Positions 38,370-48,690 of a DNA stretch of 64,000 nucleotides are shown here, in pieces; the first letter of the stretch is position 1; every line of letters begins with the position of its first letter. This DNA is from a bacterium (GTDB lineage Bacteria; Sysuimicrobiota; Sysuimicrobiia; Sysuimicrobiales; Humicultoraceae). The notes under the pieces are model-generated. The model saw only the letters and a program-made list of their open reading frames with translations. It searched no databases and was not told the origin of the DNA. The position numbers and the translations under genes are program-made. The stretch is taken from assembly GCA_041497675.1 (NCBI GenBank), contig JBGQGY010000001.1, positions 13,727-77,726 of the forward strand, given 5' to 3'.

Positions 38370-39446
38370 ATGGCGAAGATCGCGATCGTCGGCTGTGGTG
38401 GAATCGGGGGTCTGGCCGGATTCTACATGGCCCAGGCGGGCGAGTCTGTCGTCTTTGTCGACCAGAACGCCGACCATGTCCGGGCGATCCGCGACCGCGG
38501 CCTCTCCGTGAACGGCGTGTACGGGCCGATGTCCATTGGTCCCCAGCGCTCGTACACGCCAAGTGAGATTCCCGAACCGCTCGACGGGCTGATCTTTCTC
38601 GCATGCAAATCGCAGCACACGGCCGCGGCCGTCCCGCCGTTACTACGGTATCTGACCCCACAGACGTGCATTATCTCGCTTCAGAACGGCATGAACGAAG
38701 ACACGATTGCCGACGTCGTCGGGCGTGAGCGCACGATGGGCGCCCTGCCCGACTACGGCGGCGCGTACCTCAACCCGGGCGTGCTCGAAGCGGTCCACGA
38801 GGGAACGGTGTACGTGGGTGAGCTCGACGGTCAAGTCACCGACCGCGCGCGCGAGGCCGCCCGCCTCCTAGGGATCGGCCGGAACAAATGCGAGCTGCTC
38901 AACGACATCGTGGGACGTCTGTGGACGAAGCAGGTCTACAATTCACAGGTGGTCACGACGGCCCTCATCGATGGGACGGTCGTCCAGGTGTTGGGAAACA
39001 AGAAAGTTCAACGTGTGTCGATCGCCCTGGTGCGGGAGGCGATCCGTGTGTCAGATGCCGCCGGTGTGCGTCTGCACCCAGACCGCTGGTTCACGCCGGA
39101 CCTGTACCGTGCGGATACCCCCGAGGCGACACAGCAGCTCCTGGCCGCGTTTGACCGGCTCGTCGAGCACCTAGGGGGCCACCAGGTCGGCGAAGGGCCG
39201 GGCGGCTACACGTACGTGAAGAAAGCCAGCGGGATTCATTGGGATATCGTCTACCGCAGGCGCAAGAGTGAGGCGGCCCACCTGACGGTGGTGTGTGTGG
39301 CCGACCGGTATGGCGTGAAAGTGCCGTTGAACACTCGTCTGATCGAGTTGATCGAAGAGATCGAGGACGGCAAGCGCACGCTCGGGTGGCACAACGTCGA
39401 CGAGCTGACGGCCTACGCGGAGACTCTGGGCAAAGCGCTCCGCTAA
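38370..39446 (+). CDS. panE: 2-dehydropantoate 2-reductase (ketopantoate reductase, ApbA/PanE family)
   Basis: N-terminal Rossmann KIAIVGCGGIGG and an ApbA C-terminal domain are present. Confidence 0.8.
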   Translation: MAKIAIVGCGGIGGLAGFYMAQAGESVVFVDQNADHVRAIRDRGLSVNGVYGPMSIGPQRSYTPSEIPEPLDGLIFLACKSQHTAAAVPPLLRYLTPQTCIISLQNGMNEDTIADVVGRERTMGALPDYGGAYLNPGVLEAVHEGTVYVGELDGQVTDRAREAARLLGIGRNKCELLNDIVGRLWTKQVYNSQVVTTALIDGTVVQVLGNKKVQRVSIALVREAIRVSDAAGVRLHPDRWFTPDLYRADTPEATQQLLAAFDRLVEHLGGHQVGEGPGGYTYVKKASGIHWDIVYRRRKSEAAHLTVVCVADRYGVKVPLNTRLIELIEEIEDGKRTLGWHNVDELTAYAETLGKALR

Positions 39447-40687
39447 GGACTCTTGTAGACGACGCCGTCCTTCATCACCAGCCGGACGCGCTGCGGGTCG
39501 GCCACGACCGAGATATCGGCTAGCGGGTCGCCATCGATCAAGATCAGGTCGGCCAGGCGCCCCGGTTCTAGGGTGCCGAGGACATCGCCCATCCCAAGCA
39601 CCTGAGCGCCCATCTTCGTCGACGCGACAATTGACTGCATGGGCGTCATGCCCGCCTGCACCATGTAAACGAGTTCGCGGGTGTTTTGGGCATGCCCCAG
39701 CGCGCCCGCATCGGTGCCCATGGCGATCTTCACGCCGAGGTCGAGCGCCCGTTTGAAGTTGCGACGCTGCACGTCGAAGACCGGGGGCAGCTTCGCCGCC
39801 GTGTACGCGGGCAGCGAGTGCGGGTCGCGGTCCAGCCGCTCCTTCATGCGATGGGTGACGCTGAGGGTGGGCACGAGCCAGATGCCCAGGCGCACCATCC
39901 GCTCCAAGTCTTCCTCGTCGGCCACGGCCGCGTGCTCAATGGAATCCACGCGCGCCTCCAGGCAGATCTTCAACCCCTCACCGCCGTGGGCGTGGACCAG
40001 CACGGGTTTGCCGGCGGCATGCGCCTCATCCACCATGGCCCGCAGCTCTTCGAGGGTGAACTGTCTGGTCGTCGGGCCGCCCCGTGGAGAGCCGACGCCC
40101 CCGGTCGTCGCAATCTTGATACAGTCCGCCCCGGCGCGGATGACCTCACGAACCTTGCGCCGGCACGCGTCGGCGCCGTCGGCCGTGCCGTCGGGGATGC
40201 CGGGCAGCCGCGGAAAGTCCGAGGAGAGCCCGCAGGGCTGCATCAGGTCGCCGTGACCGCCGGTCTGCGTGATGATCACCAGGCTGATGACCAGCCGCGG
40301 GCCGGGGGTGACGCCCTGTTCGACGGCCATCTTGACCCCGAGGTCGACGCCCGCCGCGTCGCGGAACGCCGTGACGCCGGTCATGAGCGTTTCGGTCGCC
40401 CAGCGTCCGACCTGGAGAACCGCCAGACTCGGGGCGGTGTTCATACGCTGTTTGATATCCAATCCCAGATGGGCCAGGTGATCGTGGCAGTCGATGATGC
40501 CCGGCATCGCGGTGAGCGACGGGTAATCATAGACCTTGAGCCGATCACCCGCTGCCTGGAGCGACGCCGAGGGTCTAACGTCGCTGATCGTGTTGCCTTC
40601 GATCGTCAGGGCCATATTGCGCGCCGGCGGCACCCCGGTGCCGTCGATCAGTTGTCCGACCTTGATCACCATGGCGGTGCCCGTCAT
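39443..40687 (-). CDS. Amidohydrolase family protein (imidazolonepropionase / Xaa-Pro dipeptidase-like)
   Basis: PGIIDCHDHL metal-binding motif, with HAHG and DAG motifs downstream. Confidence 0.8.
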   Translation of the reverse strand: MTGTAMVIKVGQLIDGTGVPPARNMALTIEGNTISDVRPSASLQAAGDRLKVYDYPSLTAMPGIIDCHDHLAHLGLDIKQRMNTAPSLAVLQVGRWATETLMTGVTAFRDAAGVDLGVKMAVEQGVTPGPRLVISLVIITQTGGHGDLMQPCGLSSDFPRLPGIPDGTADGADACRRKVREVIRAGADCIKIATTGGVGSPRGGPTTRQFTLEELRAMVDEAHAAGKPVLVHAHGGEGLKICLEARVDSIEHAAVADEEDLERMVRLGIWLVPTLSVTHRMKERLDRDPHSLPAYTAAKLPPVFDVQRRNFKRALDLGVKIAMGTDAGALGHAQNTRELVYMVQAGMTPMQSIVASTKMGAQVLGMGDVLGTLEPGRLADLILIDGDPLADISVVADPQRVRLVMKDGVVYKSP

Positions 40688-40807
40688 CTATGCGCCCTCC
40701 CGTCATGCGTCCGCGATTCGATGCTGCCGGCGCATGTATTCCCCGCAAGACTTCGTGGGCCTCTTGGAGAAATCACCGTTGCGAATACTCTCAGCGGGAG
40801 GTCTGCG

Positions 40808-41602
40808 ATGCGCAAGTGGAATCTGGCCCTGATGAACTCTGGTGAGATTGGTGCGATCGTCAAAGAGCACTCGCTGCTGCTGGTCCCGGTTGGCTGCGTC
40901 GAGCAGCACGGACCCGTCGGGTTCACCGGCGCCGACACGTATCTTGCAGAATACGTGTGCCACCGGGCGGCTGAGAGACTCGACGATGTGTACGTGACGC
41001 CGCCGTTGTGGTTTGGGTACACGCCCTACACCAGTTTCGCGGGGACGGTGAGCCTGCGTCTGGCGACCTTGGAGGCCGTCGTCCAGGACGTCGTGGAAGG
41101 GTATCTGGCGCACGGGTTCCGTCACATCGTCATTGTCAACAACCATGGACCAAACGAGGCGGCGATCGAGCCCGTGGCGGCGAGGGTGCGGCGGCAGCAC
41201 GGGGTGGTGCTCGGCGTGCTCTATCCGTGGCGACTGGCTAATCACGTGTCGGCGGATCTATACCCGGATACCCGCGCCGTCTTCGGCCACGGTGGCGAGC
41301 CGACGATTTCTGTCATGATGGCGCTCTCACCCGGAACGATCGACCCGTCGCCTCCCGGGGCGCGCGGCTACGTGAGTCCGGAAGGCCCGTTCCAGGTCAC
41401 GTCGTACCGAGCGGCCCGGTTCGGCGGTTTTGAGATCGGGTTGTTCAACGAAGCGTCACACGTGCTTCCCAGCGGGGCCAGCGGGGACTGGACCGTGGCG
41501 TCCGAGGAGCGCGGCCGCGAGATTCTCCGACGCATGGTAGACTACGCGTTGCAGTTCCTGCCCGCGTTTTTGCGTCTGAGCCGCGAGCGCCGCCGCCCCT
41601 AG
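40808..41602 (+). CDS. Creatininase (creatinine amidohydrolase) family protein
   Basis: LLLVPVGCVEQHGP and VNNHGPN motifs are present. ATG with SD GGGAGG. The long upstream ORF extension is rejected. Confidence 0.8.
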   Translation: MRKWNLALMNSGEIGAIVKEHSLLLVPVGCVEQHGPVGFTGADTYLAEYVCHRAAERLDDVYVTPPLWFGYTPYTSFAGTVSLRLATLEAVVQDVVEGYLAHGFRHIVIVNNHGPNEAAIEPVAARVRRQHGVVLGVLYPWRLANHVSADLYPDTRAVFGHGGEPTISVMMALSPGTIDPSPPGARGYVSPEGPFQVTSYRAARFGGFEIGLFNEASHVLPSGASGDWTVASEERGREILRRMVDYALQFLPAFLRLSRERRRP

Positions 41603-42999
41603 GCCGCGGGTTCCTCCGGAGGGAACTTCAGGGCCGCGATCTCGATGCCGGCCTCGGTGGGATCGACCGACTGCACGATGTGTCTGGTGTGATGTTCCTC
41701 GAGGTCCAGATCGGACACCACCTCGGGCGGGGTGGCCTGCGGGTCGATCACGCTGACGAGCGGGCGAGCGGGGCTGCTGCGGCCCGGCCGGCGGACCACG
41801 GCGAGGGTGCCTCCGTCCAGACGGACCAGAGTACCCACCGGGTAGACGCCCATCTCCTGCAAGAAGATCCTCGCCAGCGTGGGGTCATAGAGCGTTCCCG
41901 CGCCCGCCAGGATGAGCCGCATGGCCTCTTCGGGGGTGTGGGGCCGGCGGTAGACCCGCCGAGACGTTGTCGCGGCGTCGAATACGTCTGCGATCTGTAC
42001 GAGGCGCGCGAGCAGGTGCGGACGGGGTTTGGTGCTGATGCGCGGGTATCCCGACAGGTCGTAGTTGGCGTGGTGCTCGAACGCGACGACCATCGTCAGC
42101 TTTGACGGGCCCGCGAGCCCGCGCAGCATCTCCGCCCCAAGGATCGGGTGCTGCTGGATGATGGTCCGCTCGTCGTCGGTGAGTTTGCCGACCTTGTTGA
42201 GGATCTCGTGGGGGATGCGCGTCTTGCCGATGTCATGCATCAATGCCGCGACGCCGAGCGTGGCCATCTGGTCGCGGCTGAACGCCAACCGCGGCGCCAT
42301 GAACAGCGCCAGGATGCCCACGTTGACCGAGTGATGCGCCGTGTCTGCGTCATAGTTCTTGATGGTGGCGGCGCGCATGAGGCTCAGCGGGTCTTTGGTG
42401 AGGATGTCGACGAGTGAATCCACGACAACGCGGGCTTTGTGCAAGTTGAGGGCGCCGTTGCCCGCCGCCTGCGAGTAGAGTTCGTCGATGACGCGCAGCC
42501 CGGCGCGGTAGGCGTCGGTCGGCTCAACCTTGAGCGCGGCCCGCGCCGTGACCGGGTTTGCCTCGGTAGCCCCCACGGAGAGGTAGCGGATCCCGCGGTG
42601 GTCGAGGTACGCGGCGGCCCCGCCCATCTGTTGCACCTCAGCGACCGGCATGCAGAGCATGTCGACGAAATGGCGCAACTCGTGCAACTCCACGCCGCGG
42701 CGGATTTCGAGCGACAGAATGGAGCGTCGCCTGAACTCACCGAGGAGTGAGGCCAGCTGGAGACTTTCCTCGAGTAATATGGTGTTGTCCACAAAAAATG
42801 TCTCTTCATGGATAAAGATTCCAATTAATGGGCGGTCGGCCAGCAACGCCGTGACCAACTGATACGCGTCCGCGACGAAGCGGTCGATGACCCGATGGGT
42901 GCGGCCGTAGAGCGCCGCGGTTCGGCGGATCCGCGAGAGCGCGCGCAAGACTTCAACCGGTCGCTCGCGCACAATGGGGTTGAACGCGGGGTCGGTCAC
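41599..42999 (-). CDS. HD-GYP domain c-di-GMP phosphodiesterase with N-terminal uncharacterised domain
   Basis: HD motif (HDIGK) and HHANYDLSGYP (HD-GYP signature) are present. Confidence 0.85.
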   Translation of the reverse strand: MTDPAFNPIVRERPVEVLRALSRIRRTAALYGRTHRVIDRFVADAYQLVTALLADRPLIGIFIHEETFFVDNTILLEESLQLASLLGEFRRRSILSLEIRRGVELHELRHFVDMLCMPVAEVQQMGGAAAYLDHRGIRYLSVGATEANPVTARAALKVEPTDAYRAGLRVIDELYSQAAGNGALNLHKARVVVDSLVDILTKDPLSLMRAATIKNYDADTAHHSVNVGILALFMAPRLAFSRDQMATLGVAALMHDIGKTRIPHEILNKVGKLTDDERTIIQQHPILGAEMLRGLAGPSKLTMVVAFEHHANYDLSGYPRISTKPRPHLLARLVQIADVFDAATTSRRVYRRPHTPEEAMRLILAGAGTLYDPTLARIFLQEMGVYPVGTLVRLDGGTLAVVRRPGRSSPARPLVSVIDPQATPPEVVSDLDLEEHHTRHIVQSVDPTEAGIEIAALKFPPEEPAA

Positions 43000-45005
43000 G
43001 TGGGTCGCGCCTGCATGCTGGCAGCCGGAGGCATGCGGTCGGGCGCCCCGTCGAAGGCCTGGATCGTGGCGACGGCCTCCCCGGCCAGGCGCCGGAGGGT
43101 GCGGGGCCGTCGCCCGAAGGCGAGCCGGTGTTGGGAGAATCGAACCAGCGCGGGGATCGCGTCTTTGGCGCGCGACCGCGCCAAAGACGCGATAATCTCC
43201 TGCTTGAGGGCAAAGGTCAACTGCATCGGGTCGAGCCGCGCCAGCAAGTGGAGCAACTTCGGCAGGGAGAGCAGCACCGCGGTGTCGCTCATCGAGAGGA
43301 CGACCTTGAGACGGATCCGCCCATCGACGTCGTCGAGCAGCTTGGCCAGTAGCGCGTTGGCCTCCTGCCCGCCGATGCTGGCAAGGGCGGCTACGGCCTC
43401 GCTGCGAACACGGTGGTCGCGATGCGAGGCGAGCCGCGCGATGTGACCCATCCCCCGAGGATCGCCCAGACGACCCAAGATGTATGCGACGTTACGCGCC
43501 AGATACCAACGCCCATCGGTCGCGAAGAATCCCACGTCGTCGATGCGATCGCGGGCCAGGGTCACGATGATGTCGCAGAGCATTCGCCGAGTCCCGGCAC
43601 GCAACTCCTCACCAAGGATCATCATCAGCGGCGCAACGATGCGACTGCCCAGCAGCGACAGACACAGTCGAAGCTCTTCCTCCACCGGGGTGCCGCGGCC
43701 GTTCCACAGCGTCTCCACCATCGTATTGAGGAGGCGGGTTTTCGCCACCCCATCCGTGAGATCCGCCACCGCGCGCTCGTGAGCCGGCGTCTTGGCGGCG
43801 CCGTCCCGAAGGCCTTGCAGCACGACCCGCAGCAGCGAGAAATCTTCCTGCCCGACGAGCCACGGGAGGTACTCATCGACTGATCGGATCGTGCCCACGA
43901 TCTCTGACTCATCCGCCTGGTTGCGAAACATGTCGACGAGCGTGCCGATGACCTCGCGGGCGACGGAGGCCTCGTCCGTGCCCTCCATCTCGATGCGGAT
44001 GCTTTCTGGCGGTCCGTCATCGGCCGGGCGCCCCGCCGGGAGGGGCAGGGAGGTGGACCCCGCGACCGCCGTCTGCGGCTGCTGCGCGTGCAGGATTTGC
44101 ATCTCCGGGTCCAAAGCCAGCAGGTCGCCCGGACCCTCGCCCCCGCTGCTTTCGAGCGAGTTACGGGGCACAATCCCGACCAGTCTCTGCTCGGACAGAT
44201 GGTCCAGTAGCACCCGGGCCATCGCATCGTTGCTCCCCGGCGCGGTCAGCGTGCGCTGCAGCGGCATCCGAACCGGGTCCTCGAGCAGGAGGATGGCCGC
44301 GGCGAGGTGGCTGTAGAACTGCTCGCGGTCTTCGCTGGACTGGGTCGCGATGATGCGATCGAGGTTCTTGACGACGTCGTACAGCGTCTGACTCCAGTCG
44401 AGGTGCTGGTCGTCGGCCGCGTTCCCCAGCATCGTCCGCAATTGCTCGAACAGTCCGCCAATCGCACCGGGGCCGGACCTCAGGATGTCGACGACAAACT
44501 GATGATTTTCGGCGGTCAGTTCCTGGCCGTCGCCCATCAGGTCCCACAACGCGCCCCACGACTCGTCCTGCGGCGCGGCGCCCACGGCGAGAACGATCTC
44601 CATGACCCTGATCGTCTGCACACCTGCCCGGCGCATGCCTCCGGCGATACCCCCGGACCCTTCGAGACTCACCCGGTCTTGTCTGACGATGGTCAAGAAC
44701 GTCGTGATCTCCTGGGCGGTCACACCGGGGAGGACCGCGAAGCCGATGACCTTTCTGGCGTACAGGTGGAGGGCCAGGCTGGCCGACGTGGCATCCTTGA
44801 ACGTCGCCTCGTTGACCTGGAACGACCGGCGGGATACCCGAACGGTGAACGGTCCGTTTGTCTCGATGTAGGTATGCAGCCCGGCGAGGACCTCGCCAAT
44901 CGCCCGGTCCGTGACCGGGCTCGGGGGCGGATAGAGGGTGTAGGTCTTGAGAGCGACGGCAAAACGTCGCAGGATGGCGCTCGCCGCGGATGCCTTTGAG
45001 TCCAT
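42996..45005 (-). CDS. HEAT/PBS-lyase repeat-containing protein (large N-terminal uncharacterised region)
   Basis: C-terminal HEAT-like repeats (RVRSEAVAALASIGGQEANALLAKLLDD..., GRLGDPRGMGHIARL). The start overlaps the HD-GYP gene. Confidence 0.6.
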   Translation of the reverse strand: MDSKASAASAILRRFAVALKTYTLYPPPSPVTDRAIGEVLAGLHTYIETNGPFTVRVSRRSFQVNEATFKDATSASLALHLYARKVIGFAVLPGVTAQEITTFLTIVRQDRVSLEGSGGIAGGMRRAGVQTIRVMEIVLAVGAAPQDESWGALWDLMGDGQELTAENHQFVVDILRSGPGAIGGLFEQLRTMLGNAADDQHLDWSQTLYDVVKNLDRIIATQSSEDREQFYSHLAAAILLLEDPVRMPLQRTLTAPGSNDAMARVLLDHLSEQRLVGIVPRNSLESSGGEGPGDLLALDPEMQILHAQQPQTAVAGSTSLPLPAGRPADDGPPESIRIEMEGTDEASVAREVIGTLVDMFRNQADESEIVGTIRSVDEYLPWLVGQEDFSLLRVVLQGLRDGAAKTPAHERAVADLTDGVAKTRLLNTMVETLWNGRGTPVEEELRLCLSLLGSRIVAPLMMILGEELRAGTRRMLCDIIVTLARDRIDDVGFFATDGRWYLARNVAYILGRLGDPRGMGHIARLASHRDHRVRSEAVAALASIGGQEANALLAKLLDDVDGRIRLKVVLSMSDTAVLLSLPKLLHLLARLDPMQLTFALKQEIIASLARSRAKDAIPALVRFSQHRLAFGRRPRTLRRLAGEAVATIQAFDGAPDRMPPAASMQARPT

Positions 45006-45009
45006 GGAG

Positions 45010-47616
45010 TTAGCCCGCGGTCACCACGCGGTCGCGTCCTTCTGCCTTCGCCCGGTAGAGGGCGGCGTCCGCGGCCTTGAGCACCTTTTCGCCGGTCGCC
45101 TCGTGGTCGGGGAAGACGGCGATGCCCAGCGAGAGGGTCACCGCTCCCAGGGACGTCCCTTGGTGCTCGACGGACAGACGCGCGGCGGCCTGACGGATCC
45201 CCTCGGCCCGCGCCTGGGCGATATGGAGCGGCGCGCCCGGTAGGATCAGGGCGAACTCCTCGCCGCCGTACCGGCAGGCGATGTCCTCAGCGCGGATACC
45301 CTTTTGGAGCACGGTGGCGAGTGCCCGCAAGAGCGCGTCGCCCGCCGCGTGGCCGAAGGAGTCGTTGAATCGCTTGAAGTGGTCGAGATCCAGCATGATC
45401 ACAGAAACGGGAATCCCCGCGCGGGACGCCCGCTGCAGCTCGCGTATCAGCGATTCCTCCATGTACCGCCGGTTGAACAGACCGGTGAGCGGGTCGCGGA
45501 TCGACTGGTGGCGCAGCGTCTCTCGCAGCCGCAGGTTCGTAATGGCCAGTCCGATCTGTTCGGCGACCGCGCCGGCAAGCTGCTCGACGGATTCGCTCCA
45601 GATGTCTGGGTGATGAAGATCGATCCCCCGGATCGCGAGGTGCAACACTCCAAGGGAATCGCCCTGTGAGGCCATCGGGATGCAGATGGTCGCATCCGGT
45701 GGGTGGGGCCCCAGGTGCGGGCAGGGAAGACCAGCGGTCGTCGACGTCCACGTGTGCCCCCGGCCCCGTCGGACGGCCCAGCAGTCCTCAGGGACGAACA
45801 CGTGCGGGGTCGGGGCCCCGTCGCCCCACGCCGTGACGGCCTCGAGCAGGTCGTTGGCCGGCGTCAGGATGTACAGCGCACCCGACAGCTTGGGAAACAG
45901 CTGGGGGAGGAAGAGCGCGACCACCTTCGAGACCTCGTCTTGGTGCTGGCAGCCCAGCAGATATTCGGTCATCTCGCCAAGCAACGAAATCTCGCGGTTC
46001 CGCTGCTGGAGCTGACCGACCCACGCCGTGAGCTTTTCGTTGGCCTCACGGACGGCCTTCTCGGCCTGCTTACGCTCGGTCAGGTCGGTGATGATGGCGA
46101 TGGAGCCGTGGTACTCGCCGTCCTTGATCCGTGGCACGGCCGTCACCAAGACGTCGATCACTTTGCCCCCGGCACCCTTGAACCGGACGTCATACGTGTC
46201 GACGGCGCCCTCCCGTCGCCGGCCGCGCGCCGCCTTGATGACCGCGTGATCGTCTTCATAAACGAAGTCCATCGTGTTCTTGTACGTCAGCCGCTCCACG
46301 GGGTAGCCGAGCATGTCGGCGAGGGCAGGGTTGACGTACTCATAGCGCCCCTGCGCATCGGTGACCGCGAGCCCCTGCGCGATCGTGTTCATGACCTGCA
46401 GTGCGAAATCGCGCTGCGCGCGCAGCTCGCCATCGATGCGCTTGCGATCGGTGATGTCCTCGGCGATGCCCACGAATCCTGTGACCCTTGCATCTTTGTC
46501 GCGGATCGCGCCGGCCTGGGCCTGCACCCAGTGGATCTCGCCGTCTGGGCGTTGGAAGCGGAACTCCAGCGAGAATTCGCGCCCTTCGCGCGTACACGTA
46601 TCCCACCATGTGGAGACCAGCACGCGGTCGTCGGCGTGGATCGCCAGAGTCCAGCCGTCGCCAATGTTCTCGTCCAGACGGAGCCCGGTGATTTCTTGCC
46701 ACTTGGCGTTGACGTACTCGCACCGCCCCGCCGGGTCCGTGTGGAAGATGCCCATCGGCGACGCGGCTGCCAGCGAGCGGAACCGTTCCTCACTCTGCCG
46801 CAGCGCCTCTTCAGCGAGGTGACGCGTTGAGATGTCCCGCGCGTGGGCCTGGAAGCCGGCGACGCGATCGCCGTCGAGTATCAAATGGACGTTTTGGCCC
46901 AGCCACGTCCGCCCGCCGCTCTTGGTCATCACCGGCAGTTCGAGGTATGAGGTCGGTGTTCGTTCGCTGATCTGCACGCGATAGAAGGCCCGCGCTTCCT
47001 TTCGGGCTTCGGGGGCGACCAGGTCGAGATAGTGACGGCCGACGCATTCCTCCGGAGAGAACCCCAGAACGCGCGTCACCACCGCATTCACAAACGTAAA
47101 GCGTCCTCGGTTGTCCGTCTGATAGATGATATCGGTGGCCTGTTCGATGAGGGTCTTGTAGCGGCTCTGGCTCTCCCGCAGCGCCTCCGCGGCTAGTCGC
47201 CGCTCCGTGATGTCGATCCCGAGTGAAATCGTGCCTGTGGCGCTGCCCCCGTCGCGCATCTCCCTGTTGTGCCAGGAAATGAACCGCTCCTCGCCCGAGC
47301 TGGTCAGGATGGGGCCTTCGAGTGAAGCCGGGATCCCGGCGGCGGCCCCGCGTGCGAACTGTTCCCACGCGTCGGGATACCGTGACCGCGGCACAAGGAC
47401 TTCGAACCAGTCGCGACCCACCAGGTCGGCTGGGGCGTACCCGGTGATGCGCTCGGCTTCGTCGTTGGTCCAGACGATCCGGCCGGCCGTGTCGAGTTGG
47501 ATGACGATGACGTGGGCGTGCTGAATCAGATCCTGGGCTAGGGCCTGGACCTGCAGAGCCGGCTGTTGGCGTGGAAGGTTGGCAACCTCGCCCATCCGTG
47601 CCGTCCTTTTTGGCAT
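45010..47616 (-). CDS. Sensor diguanylate cyclase: four PAS domains, GAF domain and GGDEF domain
   Basis: Four PAS cores (e.g. TDNRGRFTFVN, TDPAGRCEYVN, TDAQGRYEYVN). The GGDEF active site is RYGGEEF, with an RxxD-type I-site context. Confidence 0.9.
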   Translation of the reverse strand: MPKRTARMGEVANLPRQQPALQVQALAQDLIQHAHVIVIQLDTAGRIVWTNDEAERITGYAPADLVGRDWFEVLVPRSRYPDAWEQFARGAAAGIPASLEGPILTSSGEERFISWHNREMRDGGSATGTISLGIDITERRLAAEALRESQSRYKTLIEQATDIIYQTDNRGRFTFVNAVVTRVLGFSPEECVGRHYLDLVAPEARKEARAFYRVQISERTPTSYLELPVMTKSGGRTWLGQNVHLILDGDRVAGFQAHARDISTRHLAEEALRQSEERFRSLAAASPMGIFHTDPAGRCEYVNAKWQEITGLRLDENIGDGWTLAIHADDRVLVSTWWDTCTREGREFSLEFRFQRPDGEIHWVQAQAGAIRDKDARVTGFVGIAEDITDRKRIDGELRAQRDFALQVMNTIAQGLAVTDAQGRYEYVNPALADMLGYPVERLTYKNTMDFVYEDDHAVIKAARGRRREGAVDTYDVRFKGAGGKVIDVLVTAVPRIKDGEYHGSIAIITDLTERKQAEKAVREANEKLTAWVGQLQQRNREISLLGEMTEYLLGCQHQDEVSKVVALFLPQLFPKLSGALYILTPANDLLEAVTAWGDGAPTPHVFVPEDCWAVRRGRGHTWTSTTAGLPCPHLGPHPPDATICIPMASQGDSLGVLHLAIRGIDLHHPDIWSESVEQLAGAVAEQIGLAITNLRLRETLRHQSIRDPLTGLFNRRYMEESLIRELQRASRAGIPVSVIMLDLDHFKRFNDSFGHAAGDALLRALATVLQKGIRAEDIACRYGGEEFALILPGAPLHIAQARAEGIRQAAARLSVEHQGTSLGAVTLSLGIAVFPDHEATGEKVLKAADAALYRAKAEGRDRVVTAG

Positions 47617-47727
47617 CCTGTAAAAAAGGTGTCGGGAGGTTATTCCCGTTTTGATGGAAGTTCAGGCCGCGCACAGGACTCAGCGGCACATCGGAGAACA
47701 CCCGTACCCGTGCCGCGCGGATCGCTC

Positions 47728-48690
47728 ATGGCAGCAGGGCTGGTGGCCGCCGCGACGCTGCTGGCCGTCAGCCTGGCGGCTCCATCCCCCCACGCCGCGG
47801 GTCAGAGCCCCCGTGGCATCTATCTGACCGATCCGGGCAACGGCCGGATCGTCCGGCTCGCCGATCTCACCGGTGCGGGCTGGACGACGCTCAGTATGCA
47901 GTCTGCGCCGCCCGGGACCGGCCGGCAGTTCGCGTTCCAGTCGGGTATTGTGGTCGACGGCTCGGGCCGGATTTACTTCTCCGACGTTACCAACTCACGC
48001 ATCGTACGGGTCGACAACATCACGGGCGCGGGCTGGGTCACGTTTGGAAGCCGAGGCACCGGGCGCAACCAGTTCGACCTGCCGGCGGGCATTTCCGTCG
48101 ATGCCACCGGCCGAATCTACATCGCGGACGCCAGCAACTCGCGGATCGTGCGTATCAATGATATGACCGGCGCCGGGTGGACGGCGCTGGGAAGCCGGGG
48201 CGCGGGACCCTCACAGTTCAACTTCCCGCAAGGCATCGCCGTGGACGGCGCCGGCCGGATCTACGTCGCGGATGCCATCAACGACCGCATCGTTCGTATC
48301 AATGATATGACCGGCGCCGGCTGGACGACCTTTGGCACGCTGGGAAGCGGCGCGCGGCAGCTCGAATTTCCCGCGTCCGTGGCGGTCGATGCATCAGGCC
48401 GTGTGTACGCCACCGACTCGAGCAACGACCGCGTCGTGCGGATCAATGACATGACCGGCGCGGGCTGGGCGACCTTCGGCAAGATCGGAACCGGGCCGGG
48501 CGAGTTCTCGTTTCCAACGGGTCTGGCGTTAGACGCCCAGGGTCGGTTGTACGTGACCGACGAGGTTCATCGCCTCGTGCGGTTCAACGACATGACCGGC
48601 GCCGGTTGGACGGCGCTCGGCAGTATGGGGAGCGGCGTCAATCAGTTTTCCTTCCCATCAGGGGTGTGTGCGGATCCGTCCGGCCGGTGA
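47728..48690 (+). CDS. Secreted NHL-repeat six-bladed beta-propeller protein
   Basis: Signal peptide, then six roughly 49-aa repeats (FxFPxGIAVD..GRIYVAD..N.RIVRINDMTGAGWT). Confidence 0.75.
   Translation: MAAGLVAAATLLAVSLAAPSPHAAGQSPRGIYLTDPGNGRIVRLADLTGAGWTTLSMQSAPPGTGRQFAFQSGIVVDGSGRIYFSDVTNSRIVRVDNITGAGWVTFGSRGTGRNQFDLPAGISVDATGRIYIADASNSRIVRINDMTGAGWTALGSRGAGPSQFNFPQGIAVDGAGRIYVADAINDRIVRINDMTGAGWTTFGTLGSGARQLEFPASVAVDASGRVYATDSSNDRVVRINDMTGAGWATFGKIGTGPGEFSFPTGLALDAQGRLYVTDEVHRLVRFNDMTGAGWTALGSMGSGVNQFSFPSGVCADPSGR
47830..48660 (+). repeat. Six tandem ~147-bp coding repeats (NHL blades); repeats 3 and 4 near-identical at DNA level
   Basis: cgcatcgt(g/t)cgtatcaatgatatgaccggcgccgg(g/c)tggacg recurs at about 48138 and 48286. 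Periodicity is about 147 bp. Confidence 0.7.
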
